Under the pieces are notes generated by a model. It was not told the DNA's origin. It did not search any database and saw only the letters and a list, made by a program, of their open reading frames with translations. From NCBI RefSeq assembly GCF_002006355.2, contig NZ_CP096980.1:1323731-1347730 (forward strand): a stretch of DNA of 24,000 bases, written 5' to 3'. Source of the stretch: Clostridium felsineum DSM 794. GTDB lineage: Bacteria; Bacillota; Clostridia; Clostridiales; Clostridiaceae. The first letter of the stretch is position 1. Each line of letters begins with the position of its first letter. Shown here one piece after another: positions 1-8,111 of the stretch. The position numbers and the translations under genes are program-made.

Positions 1-440
1 AAAATGAAGCAGCCTTTGAACTTTATGAAACTATAATAGGAAAATCTGACGAAGAAAATCCATATAGAATAAATTCTTACTATTATAAAGCCTTGTGTTT
101 AAAAAATGAAAATAGATTAGAAGAAGCTAAGGAAGCATATGAAGATGCTATAGGAAAATACAACCTTTTAATAGTTAAATATCCTTATGATCATCAATTA
201 CATTTATTAAAGGCAAATTCTTTAAGGGATATACAAAAATACACTGAAGCAGAAGAACTTTATGAATATATTTTAGATTTAAATAATAATTTAAGTGAAG
301 TTTACTTAATGAGAGCAAAAAATAGATTGGGTCTGGAAAAAGAAGATGAGGCTAGACAAGATGTTAGACTTGCATTAAAAATGACTCCAGGCTTTAAAGC
401 GGTTGTTGAGTTGGATGAAGAGTTGAAGAAACTGATTTAA
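1..440 (+). CDS. TPR-repeat protein, 5'-truncated by the window edge
   Basis: Frame 3 is open from base 3 (NEAAFELYETIIGKSDEENPYRINSYYYKALCLKNE...), so the Met at 93 in the ORF track is internal. Repeated helical A/Y/L patterns (EAKEAYEDAI, EAEELYEYIL, EDEARQDVRLAL) are typical of TPR units. Stop at 438-440. Confidence 0.6.
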   Translation, partial: NEAAFELYETIIGKSDEENPYRINSYYYKALCLKNENRLEEAKEAYEDAIGKYNLLIVKYPYDHQLHLLKANSLRDIQKYTEAEELYEYILDLNNNLSEVYLMRAKNRLGLEKEDEARQDVRLALKMTPGFKAVVELDEELKKLI

Positions 441-476
441 TGAAGAAATATTTTATAAAAAGTAGGAGAGAGAAAG

Positions 477-800
477 ATGGCACTAAATAGAGATGATATA
501 TCAATAGACGTTTCCAATATTAATAGTACAATTACATTATTAAATAGAATAGTGACTGATGAAAGCAATGGAAACAGCAAATTAAAAGCAGCAGCCAAAA
601 GTGTTAGTGAGGATTTAAAATGCAGTTCATCAGCTACCTTGGTTGATAAAATGAATAAATGCACAACAGATGTAAACAGCCAAATTGAAAGTTTAAAGAA
701 TAGTATTGCTGGAATAAAACAAATAGTAGGCGATTTTGAAGAAGCAGATAGAAAAATTGCACAAAGCGAAAAATTAAATACTACTGTGATTTATAGATAA
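477..800 (+). CDS. Small helical Esx/WXG100-like protein (no W-x-G), possible type VII secretion-associated partner
   Basis: 107 aa with no TM segment or signal peptide. AGGAGAG RBS about 6 nt upstream of the ATG. The C-terminal FEEADRKIAQ resembles the acidic C-terminal motif of Esx-type proteins. It lies immediately upstream of a genuine W-x-G protein of the same size. Confidence 0.45.
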   Translation: MALNRDDISIDVSNINSTITLLNRIVTDESNGNSKLKAAAKSVSEDLKCSSSATLVDKMNKCTTDVNSQIESLKNSIAGIKQIVGDFEEADRKIAQSEKLNTTVIYR

Positions 801-823
801 TAAAGTTAGTGGGTGAATAAACT

Positions 824-1135
824 ATGAGTGCAAATTATGATATTAAAATAAATATGGAGGCTTTACAAAGCGCCATAAATGAATATAAGAATTGTAAAAC
901 TACTCTAGAAAATCTACTTAAAGAATTAGAAAGTGGACTTAAAGCTTTAGAGTCAACAGAATGGAAAGGAAAAGCTAAAGAGGCTTTTGTAAATGCACAG
1001 TTTCCAGATTTTAAAGATGGTATGCAAAAACACTGTGAGATGATTGGTGAGCTTATAAAAGAACTTCAGGCAACATCTTCCGAATTTCAAAAATTGGATA
1101 ACGATTTAAAAAGTGATTTTTCAAAAGATAGTTAG
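824..1135 (+). CDS. WXG100 (ESAT-6-like) family protein
   Basis: 103 aa, predicted helix-turn-helix hairpin with W47-K48-G49 (STEWKGKAKEAF) at the centre. The typical ~100-aa size and the pairing with a second ~100-aa helical ORF fit the family. Confidence 0.6.
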   Translation: MSANYDIKINMEALQSAINEYKNCKTTLENLLKELESGLKALESTEWKGKAKEAFVNAQFPDFKDGMQKHCEMIGELIKELQATSSEFQKLDNDLKSDFSKDS

Positions 1136-1164
1136 AATACATAAAAATAAGGGAGTTAATACAA

Positions 1165-1707
1165 ATGAAAATGAAAAAGAATAAAGTAAAAATGTTAGCA
1201 GCAGCATTAGGAGTAGCAATTATAGTAGGACTAACAGGATGCAGTGGGAAGTCTATAAAAGACATCACTTCAGGTAAAGAATATACTTATGAAAAATTCT
1301 CAAAAGTTAAAACAGGAATGACCTATGAGCAAACAGAGAATATACTCGGAAAAGGAAAGTTAAGTTCATCAGATTATGGAATTAAAATATATAAGTGGAC
1401 AAACAAAGATTCATCAGAAATACAAGTAAGCTACGGAACAGACAAGAAAGCAACTACAAAAAGTGAAACAAATCTTGAAGATAATTCAGTAAAGGTTACA
1501 AAAGCTGATTATGATAAAATAGACGGAAAGCAAAAGTATGAAGATATAAAATCGTTATTAGGTGGAGAAGGAACAATCACAGAGGTAACAGATTCAGGTA
1601 ATGGAAATAATAATACGTATATATGGGGAAATAAAAAGAACGGATACATAAAAGTTTCTTTTGTACAAGGCTATGCATCATTTAAATCAGGACAAGGACT
1701 TAAATAA
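1165..1707 (+). CDS. Lipoprotein with two BLIP/DUF3862-like repeats
   Basis: Signal peptide with lipobox L-T-G-C (Cys26). GGGAG RBS 9 nt upstream. Two repeats of the pattern Y.K(F/I)..G(M/K).Y(E)....LG..G (YEKFSKVKTGMTYEQTENILGKG and YDKIDGKQKYEDIKSLLGGEG), as remembered for Firmicutes DUF3862 lipoproteins. Confidence 0.65.
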   Translation: MKMKKNKVKMLAAALGVAIIVGLTGCSGKSIKDITSGKEYTYEKFSKVKTGMTYEQTENILGKGKLSSSDYGIKIYKWTNKDSSEIQVSYGTDKKATTKSETNLEDNSVKVTKADYDKIDGKQKYEDIKSLLGGEGTITEVTDSGNGNNNTYIWGNKKNGYIKVSFVQGYASFKSGQGLK

Positions 1708-1749
1708 AAAAATAAATTAAACCTTGATAAAAGTAAATAAAAAATAGAA

Positions 1750-1789
1750 TTAATCCTTCTGTAGTTTACAGGAGGGTTAATTTCATTTT
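1750..1789 (+). terminator. Rho-independent terminator after the lipoprotein gene
   Basis: 14-bp stem (ttaatccttctgta / tacaggagggttaa, two G-U pairs on the + strand), 3-nt loop, followed by tttcatttt. Confidence 0.7.
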
Positions 1790-1839
1790 GTTAACGAAAT
1801 GAGCATATGAAAAAATAATGTTTAATGGAGAAAAATAAA

Positions 1840-2361
1840 ATGAAAAGAGAAGTAAGATATATAGAAGAAAAACCCGTTTTCCTTGTTAGATTTATTTTGC
1901 TTACAATTTTTATAACTGCTTTTATTATAAGCTGCACATATATGAGTATAGAAGGAATTATTACACCTAGACCCAATGGACATCCTATTATTTTAGAATT
2001 AACATTAGTTATATCATTATTTATAATTTGGCCAATCTTAAATATATTCTCAAGTTGTAAGTATGAAGTTATTTTACGTAAAGATGAGCTTGAGTACACA
2101 GGATGGATAAATAGAAGAATAGTAAAGTATGAAGATATAAAATTAATAAAAAGTACAGACGTAGTTTTACAGTCTCCATACGGAAAAGGCTATGATGAAA
2201 AAAGACAGTTTGTGCAAATAAAATTAAAGAGAGGACGGCAAATAAAAATTTTGTTAAATCCCAATAAAGAAAAAATTGATAAATTTCATGTGGATTTGAT
2301 GAACTTTATACATAAGGATATAAAGTTTGAATGTAAATTTATTTTGTTTGTAAGAGGGTAG
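1840..2361 (+). CDS. Small membrane protein, two N-terminal TM helices plus a possible bacterial PH-like C-terminal domain
   Basis: The ORF track starts at 1825, but GGAG at 1827-1830 favours the ATG at 1840 (MKREVRYIEEK...). Two hydrophobic segments (FLVRFILLTIFITAFIISC and LTLVISLFIIWPILNIF) precede a soluble tail (ILRKDELEYTGWINRRIVKYEDIKLIK). The PH-like call is tentative. Confidence 0.5.
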   Translation: MKREVRYIEEKPVFLVRFILLTIFITAFIISCTYMSIEGIITPRPNGHPIILELTLVISLFIIWPILNIFSSCKYEVILRKDELEYTGWINRRIVKYEDIKLIKSTDVVLQSPYGKGYDEKRQFVQIKLKRGRQIKILLNPNKEKIDKFHVDLMNFIHKDIKFECKFILFVRG

Positions 2362-2372
2362 GAGTTAGAGAA

Positions 2373-2477
2373 ATGAATAAGGAAATAAAATATTTTACTG
2401 AAAGAAATGGATTTATGATTAAATTCTACATAATTACAATTTTTACGTCTATTATTGGTATGGAATATAGACCTTAG
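2373..2477 (+). pseudogene. Truncated paralog (34 codons) of the upstream membrane protein
   Basis: AGGAG RBS, then ATG at 2373. The product MNKEIKYFTERNGFMIKFYIITIFTSIIGMEYRP* aligns with MKREVRYIEEKPVFLVRFILLTIFITAFIISC of the 1840-2361 product, then terminates after the first TM segment. Confidence 0.4.
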
Positions 2478-2540
2478 CATGAAGTGGATTTTCTTTATAA
2501 AATAGGCGGCAAAATTATTTATTTAATAAGAGTGGTATAT

Positions 2541-2588
2541 AAATAAAAGATAGAATTAATCTCACTGTGATTTACAACAAGACTAATT
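2541..2588 (-). terminator. Rho-independent terminator of the minus-strand LysR gene
   Basis: The arms 2554-2568 and 2574-2588 form a 15-bp stem on the minus-strand transcript (four G-U pairs; these are A-C mismatches on the + strand). A T-rich run (ctatcttttattt) follows on the minus strand. Confidence 0.6.
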
Positions 2589-2598
2589 CTATAATAAA

Positions 2599-3510
2599 TC
2601 ATACCTTTATATCCTTATTTAAATAATTCTCTTTTCCGTAGTTAAGAGCAAAGGAAAAGAAAGAAAGCATAGCAGGGCTGTGATATAAATTTTTACATCT
2701 AGCTGCATATATATATCGTTCATACAAAGGTTTTTCTATATTAATAATTTTCACATTAAAATTCGATAAATTGGGTATTTTAGGTATTATAGCAATACCA
2801 TAACCGATAGATACCAGTCCAGCAACAGCACTGTCTTCTTCAACCTCACAAATAATTTCAGGATTTATATCAGCGCGATTAAACATATCATTTATAATAG
2901 GTCTTAAACCACTTTTTTGATTAAATAAAATATAAGGATAATCCTCAGAAGCTTTTAAATCTATAGTATCTAAAATGCCTAGAGGGTGATCTTTGGGTAC
3001 AATAAGTACTAAATCCTGCTTAGCCACTGGAACAAATTCAATTTCGGGTTCATCTTCTTTATAAGAACAAAAGATTAAATCAAATTTTTCTCTTTTTAAG
3101 TCTTCAATAAGGCTCTTAGTATTGCCCTGTGCGAAAGAAAATTTTATACCTTCATATTCTTTGTTATTTGAAAAGGACTGTACTAAATTTGGTATAAAAG
3201 TAGGCCCTAAAGTATAAATAAATGCCATATCAATTTTTCCCTCAGTGGAACTTGTTAATTTTAATAATTGCTTTTTACCAGTTTCTAATTCATTTAAAGC
3301 TCTTTCAACATAAGACAAAAAAAACGAACCATATTTTGTCAACTTTATGTTCCTGCCATCTTTTTCAAACAAATGTGTTTTTAGTTCTTTCTCAAGTTCT
3401 GTAATACTATAGCTTAAGCTTGGTTGAGTTATGTAGAGTTCTTTAGAGGCTTTAGTATAGTGCTCAGTTCTAGCAAGAGTTCGAAAATATTCTAATTGCT
3501 TTAAATTCAT
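2599..3510 (-). CDS. LysR-family transcriptional regulator (LTTR-1)
   Basis: 303 aa. The N-terminal wHTH (MNLKQLEYFRTLARTEHYTKASKELYITQPSLSYSITELEKEL) is typical of LTTRs, with a substrate-binding domain behind it. AGGAAG RBS 7 nt upstream of the ATG. Divergent from the enoate reductase gene. Confidence 0.9.
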   Translation of the reverse strand: MNLKQLEYFRTLARTEHYTKASKELYITQPSLSYSITELEKELKTHLFEKDGRNIKLTKYGSFFLSYVERALNELETGKKQLLKLTSSTEGKIDMAFIYTLGPTFIPNLVQSFSNNKEYEGIKFSFAQGNTKSLIEDLKREKFDLIFCSYKEDEPEIEFVPVAKQDLVLIVPKDHPLGILDTIDLKASEDYPYILFNQKSGLRPIINDMFNRADINPEIICEVEEDSAVAGLVSIGYGIAIIPKIPNLSNFNVKIINIEKPLYERYIYAARCKNLYHSPAMLSFFSFALNYGKENYLNKDIKV

Positions 3511-3551
3511 TAAATCACTTCCTAGTATAGTTTTATCTTAGTTTAAATTAT

Positions 3552-3586
3552 AGCATTATCTATAGATAGTTTCTATAGATAATGCT
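3552..3586. promoter_or_regulatory. Perfect 14-bp inverted repeat containing an LTTR-type box, ATAG-N7-CTAT (T-N11-A)
   Basis: agcattatctatag (3552-3565) / ctatagataatgct (3573-3586), 7-nt spacer. The centre at 3569 lies about 65 nt upstream of the start predicted from the TATAAT at 3622-3627. Confidence 0.6.
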
Positions 3587-3597
3587 TAAAATATTGA

Positions 3598-3642
3598 TTA
3601 GATTAATAATATAACCTTTGTTATAATTAAAACAAAGGTTAT
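3598..3642 (+). promoter_or_regulatory. Putative sigma-A promoter of the enoate reductase gene, overlapped by a second 12-bp inverted repeat
   Basis: TTAGAT (3598-3603), 18 nt, TATAAT (3622-3627). Perfect IR ataacctttgtt (3611-3622) / aacaaaggttat (3631-3642) spans the -10 and the start region. Confidence 0.4.
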
Positions 3643-3703
3643 TGTTAAAGAATAAACATACTTCATGTAGACTGCGTAAGTACATGAATTAGGAGGCAAA
3701 AAC

Positions 3704-5689
3704 ATGAAATATAAAAATCTCTTAAGTCCAATAGTTATAAATAGAATGTCAGTGAGAAATAGAGTAGTTATGACACCTATGGGAACGAATTTTGCTGATG
3801 TAGATGGGGAATTTAAAGAAAATCATATAAAATATTATGAGCAAAGAGCTAAAGGTGGAACTGGTTTAATAATAGTTGAAAATGCATGTGTAGATTTTCC
3901 TCTAGGATCAAACGGAACAACTCAAATAAGAATAGATCACGATAGATTTATGCCATCCTTAAATGAGTTAGTAAATAGAGTACATAGGTTTGGAGCATCA
4001 ATTGCAATCCAAATAAATCATTCAGGAGCATCTGCTGTTCCAGGTAGAATTGGACAAACTCCTGTATCATCTTCTAACATACCATCAAAAACAGGTGGAG
4101 CGGTTCCGAGAGAACTTACAAAGGATGAAATATATGAAATAGCTAAAAAATATGGTGAAGCTGCAAAGAGAGCTCAAAGTGCAGGCTTTGATGCTATAGA
4201 AATTCATGGAGGACACTCGTATTTAATAAGCCAATTTTTATCACCGGTTTATAATAAAAGAGAAGATGAATTTGGTGGAAGTGTTGAAAACAGAACTAGA
4301 TTCGCAAGACTTGTTATAGATAGTATAAGAAAAGAAGTTGGACCAATAATGCCGATTTCTTTAAGAGTAAGTGCAGAAGAATTTGTAGAGGGTGGAAACA
4401 CTTTAGAGGACACACTAAAAATATTAGAATATTTAGATGACGGAGTAGATATATATAATGTTTCAGCAGCACTTAATGATTCGCTTTATTATCAAATAGA
4501 TCAAATGAATCTTGAAGATGGATGGCGTGCGTACATGTCTGAAGCTGTTAAGAAGAAATTTGACAAGCCAGTAATAATAACAGGAAATATTCGTGATCCA
4601 AAGGTTGCAGAGAAAATTATTGAAGATAAAAAAGCAGACTTTATTGGAATGGGACGTGGTCTTATTGCAGAGCCTTATTGGGTTGAAAAGGTTAAAAACA
4701 ATGAAGAAGCTTTACTTAGAAAATGTATTTCTTGTAATATTGGATGTGCTAACAATCGTATAGCTGCAAATTGTCCAATAAAATGTACAGTAAATCCAGA
4801 TTTAATTAACAATGATGAATATAAGAAAAATAAAGTTAAGAAACCTACAAATGTTGTAGTTATAGGTGGAGGAACTGCTGGTCTTGAAGCAGCTTGTACA
4901 GCAGCAGAAGTTGGATGTACTACTTTCTTAATTGAAGAAAAGTCATATTTAGGTGGACTTGCAAGTGAGATTTCTAGATTACCCGATAAGAAGAGAATAT
5001 CAGATTTTCCTAAATACTTAGTAAATAGAAGTGAGACTTTAAGTAATTTATTTGTTTTCAAAAATACTAAAGCAGATGCAGAAGTAATAAAGAAATTTAA
5101 TCCAGATGTTATAGTTAATGCAACTGGTTCTACGCCACTATTACCACCAATTGAAGGATTAAAAGAAAACATAAATAAAGAAAATGGAAAAGTTAAATCC
5201 ATATTTGGTTTACTTAATGATGTAGATAAGTACGATCACGACTATTCAGGAAAAGATATAGTAGTAGTTGGTGGTGGTGCAGTAGGTCTTGATGTGGCAG
5301 AATTTTTCTCAAAGAGAAATGCCAAAGTTAAAATGGTAGAAATGATGCCAGTAGTAGCTAAAGATTTGGACTTAATAACAAAAATGTCTATGATGAAAGA
5401 AATGAAAGAACATGAAGTAGAAATTTATACAGAAACTGTTCTTAAAGAAGTATGTGAAGATCACTTCAAAGTTACTAAAGATGGTAAAGAGTTAGATTTA
5501 AACTTTGATTATGGTTTTGTATGTCTTGGGATGAAAGCATATAATCCAGAATTTACAGCTATATTAGAAAACTTTGAAGATGCAGAAGTGTTAAATATCG
5601 GTGATAGTCGTCAAGCAAGAAAAATTATTAGTGGTACTGAAGAAGGAAGAAATATTATTTTTACTTTGAAAAAGATTGGTGTAATGTAA
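3704..5689 (+). CDS. 2-enoate reductase / 2,4-dienoyl-CoA reductase-family flavoprotein (OYE-like FMN domain + 4Fe-4S + FAD/NAD(P) domain)
   Basis: 661 aa. AGGAGG RBS 7 nt upstream. OYE-like TIM barrel (HGGHSYLISQFLSP), Cys cluster CISCNIGC...NCPIKC, and two dinucleotide folds (VVVIGGGTAGLEAA and IVVVGGGAVGLDVAE). This matches the architecture of clostridial enoate reductases, FadH and BaiCD/BaiH. Confidence 0.85.
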   Translation: MKYKNLLSPIVINRMSVRNRVVMTPMGTNFADVDGEFKENHIKYYEQRAKGGTGLIIVENACVDFPLGSNGTTQIRIDHDRFMPSLNELVNRVHRFGASIAIQINHSGASAVPGRIGQTPVSSSNIPSKTGGAVPRELTKDEIYEIAKKYGEAAKRAQSAGFDAIEIHGGHSYLISQFLSPVYNKREDEFGGSVENRTRFARLVIDSIRKEVGPIMPISLRVSAEEFVEGGNTLEDTLKILEYLDDGVDIYNVSAALNDSLYYQIDQMNLEDGWRAYMSEAVKKKFDKPVIITGNIRDPKVAEKIIEDKKADFIGMGRGLIAEPYWVEKVKNNEEALLRKCISCNIGCANNRIAANCPIKCTVNPDLINNDEYKKNKVKKPTNVVVIGGGTAGLEAACTAAEVGCTTFLIEEKSYLGGLASEISRLPDKKRISDFPKYLVNRSETLSNLFVFKNTKADAEVIKKFNPDVIVNATGSTPLLPPIEGLKENINKENGKVKSIFGLLNDVDKYDHDYSGKDIVVVGGGAVGLDVAEFFSKRNAKVKMVEMMPVVAKDLDLITKMSMMKEMKEHEVEIYTETVLKEVCEDHFKVTKDGKELDLNFDYGFVCLGMKAYNPEFTAILENFEDAEVLNIGDSRQARKIISGTEEGRNIIFTLKKIGVM

Positions 5690-5720
5690 GAATAGTTTTA
5701 CATTATTTTGAAGTTGAAAA

Positions 5721-5765
5721 AGAGAATCTCAAACTTTGCAAACTGGGTTTGAGATTTCTTTTTAC
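5721..5765 (+). terminator. Rho-independent terminator after the enoate reductase gene
   Basis: aatctcaaac (5725-5734) pairs with gtttgagatt (5747-5756). The stem extends further with one bulge and is followed by a T-run (tctttttt). Confidence 0.7.
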
Positions 5766-5964
5766 AAAATTTTTTTAGAAAAGAGTGTTAAAAATATAGC
5801 AATCTTTTCAATAATATGATATTATCAATCTAATTAAATTTCATATTTCGACATTTTTTGAATACCAGTTTATTTGATTTTTCTATTAAAATAAAACACA
5901 TTGATAAATTAAATATTCTGGCTATTTTTATAATATGAAGTTTTGTCACATAGGAGGAGAGAGT

Positions 5965-7179
5965 ATGAAAAAAAATCCTTATTTTAAATCGGCATTGGGA
6001 ATATATTTAAGTTATTGTATGTTAGGTATGATTTTAATTTTAATTTCATCTCATATGACATTTTTAGTTAAGCAGCTTAATACTGATGTGTCAGGAGTAG
6101 GTTTTCTTATTTCAGTAGAGGGAATTGTTAGATCGTCTACTTTATACTTTGCAGGAAGTTTATCGGACAAAATTGGTAGAAAGAAGTTTCTATACATAGC
6201 GCCTTTAATGTCAATAATTTTTTTAATTGGAGTGCCACTTTCTAAAAGTTACTACATAGCAATGATATTCGTAGCTTTTGCAGGTATATCACATGCATTT
6301 ATGGATGCAGCTAGTTATGCATCTTTGATGGAGTGTTTTCCAGAAACCCCAGGTACAGCAAATATTCTAATAAAAGCCTCAGTAGCTACAGGCGGTGCAA
6401 TTCTTCCTTATATCATATCCTTTTTTGTAAATAGAAATATGTTTTATGGAGATACTTTCTTTGTAATTGCAGTGGTAATGGTAATAAATTCAATAATACT
6501 ATTTAACTCCAAATTTCCACAGGCTAATATTGAAAGGTCAAATGAGAAGATTGTAGAGGAGCATTATACAGAAGAAGCTAATTTCAAAAGAGAAGGAATA
6601 GCACTTGTAATAATAGGCTTCACTTCTAATGCTATTTTTACAATTTTTCAAACCTGGATTCCAACTTATACACAAAAGGTTTTAGGCTTTAATCAAATTT
6701 CTTCCCTTAAATTTATAACTTATTATAGCTTAGGTGCATTAGTATCTGTTTTAATTTTGGCAAAATTGTTACAAAAGACTGTAAAACCAGCATTAATAAC
6801 ATTACTTTATCCTTCAGTTGGTATCGTTTTATTGTTGATTTTATTGTTTGGACATGTACATGTTAATTCTATTAGTATAGTTTTAATTACTTTACTTGGA
6901 GCATCTTCAGCGGGAGTACTTCAAATGGCTCAAACTACTATGGGGGAGCTATTTTGGAAGAAAAAAGGTTCTACTATTGCATTGGTATCTACAGCTAGCG
7001 GATTGGCAGCAGCTGTAATTCCAGCATTAACAGGAGTTATTACAAAAAACTTTAGTGTAGTACATGTATTTTATTTTATGCTAATTTTATATGTTGTGGG
7101 AATAGCCTGTGGATCTGTAGTAAAATTAAGATATAATAAAATTATGAGGGGTAAAATTATAAAAGATGAGGCTATATGA
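5965..7179 (+). CDS. MFS transporter (paralog of the 10015-11220 transporter)
   Basis: The ORF track starts at 5935, but AGGAGGAG directly precedes the ATG at 5965 (MKKNPYFK...). About 12 hydrophobic segments. The loop 2-3 motif is GSLSDKIGRK. The central-loop motif EGIALVIIGFTS is shared with the second MFS (EGIALIIMGFTS). Confidence 0.85.
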   Translation: MKKNPYFKSALGIYLSYCMLGMILILISSHMTFLVKQLNTDVSGVGFLISVEGIVRSSTLYFAGSLSDKIGRKKFLYIAPLMSIIFLIGVPLSKSYYIAMIFVAFAGISHAFMDAASYASLMECFPETPGTANILIKASVATGGAILPYIISFFVNRNMFYGDTFFVIAVVMVINSIILFNSKFPQANIERSNEKIVEEHYTEEANFKREGIALVIIGFTSNAIFTIFQTWIPTYTQKVLGFNQISSLKFITYYSLGALVSVLILAKLLQKTVKPALITLLYPSVGIVLLLILLFGHVHVNSISIVLITLLGASSAGVLQMAQTTMGELFWKKKGSTIALVSTASGLAAAVIPALTGVITKNFSVVHVFYFMLILYVVGIACGSVVKLRYNKIMRGKIIKDEAI

Positions 7180-7180
7180 A

Positions 7181-7217
7181 GATTAAGAGTCTGTTAATAT
7201 AATGCAGACTCTTAATC
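7181..7217. terminator. Perfect 13-bp hairpin between the convergent MFS and LysR genes
   Basis: gattaagagtctg (7181-7193) / cagactcttaatc (7205-7217), 11-nt loop. The right arm overlaps the LysR stop codon. The flanking T-tracts are weak, so function as a terminator is uncertain. Confidence 0.45.
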
Positions 7218-8111
7218 TTTAATTAAACTATTTTCTTTTAAATAGGAAATAAATTTGTGAACAGCTGGTGGAAAGTATCTATTTTTTTTATATACAAAAT
7301 AAATTTTTCTAGAGTATGATGGATTATTAATATTTATTTTTTTTACCTTTGCGTCTTTAAGTGCAGGTGCATCAGCAACAATAGCAACACCAAAATTGGC
7401 TTCTACTAAGGCACAAATTGCATATTCATCTGCTGCTTCGCAAACTCGTTGAGGAGATATTAGAACTTTTTCTAAAAGCTGTTCTGAGAGTTTTCCTAGT
7501 CCAGAATTTTTATCATAGGCAACTAAGGGGTAAGGTGCTATTTGTTTTAAATCAAGGTTATCAAATCTAGAAAGAGGATGATTTGGTGGAACAATAACAA
7601 ATAATTCTTGATTTATAATTGGTACAAAGGTTAAATCAGGTTCATTTTCAACAAAGGATGAAAAGATGACATCATATTTGTCATGTTTTAAACCTTCAAT
7701 CATTTCATCTGTAAAACCCTGTTTAAAAGAAAAGGTAACATTATTATTTTCTTTTAAATTCAAAAAACTACGAACAGTGGTGGGAATATAAACTTGCGCA
7801 AGAGGAGATATATAAGCAATATCTACATGTCCTTCTGAACTACTTGCAAGTTCTTTCATTTTCTTTTTAGAATTTTCTAGTTCGTTTAATATATTATCTA
7901 CGTATTGCAGAAATATTTGTCCATATTTAGTTAAAGCAATATTCCGACCTTGTTTTTCAAAAAGGCATATTTCAAGTTCAGCCTCTAGGTTATTCATAGA
8001 GCTACTTAAACTTGGCTGAGAGATATTTAATTCTAAGGATGCTTGTCTAAAATGCTGCAATCGTGCAATAGTTCTAAAATAATATAATTGATTTAAATTA
8101 ATTTTAATCAC
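7212..8111 (-). CDS. LysR-family transcriptional regulator (LTTR-2), start codon uncertain (GTG at 8111 or ATT at 8102)
   Basis: 299 aa as listed. wHTH LNQLYYFRTIARLQHFRQASLELNISQPSLSSSMNNLEAEL; clear paralog of LTTR-1. The GTG abuts the GGGAG RBS with zero spacing. The codon homologous to the LTTR-1 ATG is ATT, 9 nt after the RBS. Confidence 0.85.
   Translation of the reverse strand: MIKINLNQLYYFRTIARLQHFRQASLELNISQPSLSSSMNNLEAELEICLFEKQGRNIALTKYGQIFLQYVDNILNELENSKKKMKELASSSEGHVDIAYISPLAQVYIPTTVRSFLNLKENNNVTFSFKQGFTDEMIEGLKHDKYDVIFSSFVENEPDLTFVPIINQELFVIVPPNHPLSRFDNLDLKQIAPYPLVAYDKNSGLGKLSEQLLEKVLISPQRVCEAADEYAICALVEANFGVAIVADAPALKDAKVKKININNPSYSRKIYFVYKKNRYFPPAVHKFISYLKENSLIKD

Noticed and set aside
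437-664. 75-aa minus-strand ORF antisense to the first Esx-like gene
   Set aside because: No RBS, low-complexity hydrophobic translation typical of the reverse strand of an AT-rich coding region. The plus-strand ORF has an RBS and a sensible helical product.
1053-2480. Minus-strand ORFs at 1053-1268, 1791-2099 and 2286-2480
   Set aside because: They overlap plus-strand genes that have RBSs, a lipobox or a paralog relationship. Their products are I/F/L/N-rich antisense-type sequences with no recognisable motif.
3222-5202. ORFs at 3222-3404 (+) and 4675-5202 (-), antisense to LTTR-1 and the enoate reductase
   Set aside because: They lie fully inside genes with strong family motifs on the other strand and have no start context of their own.
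5901-5934. TTGATA ... TATAAT pair upstream of the first MFS gene, considered as a promoter
   Set aside because: The hexamers are 22 nt apart, too far for a sigma-A promoter, so I did not call it.
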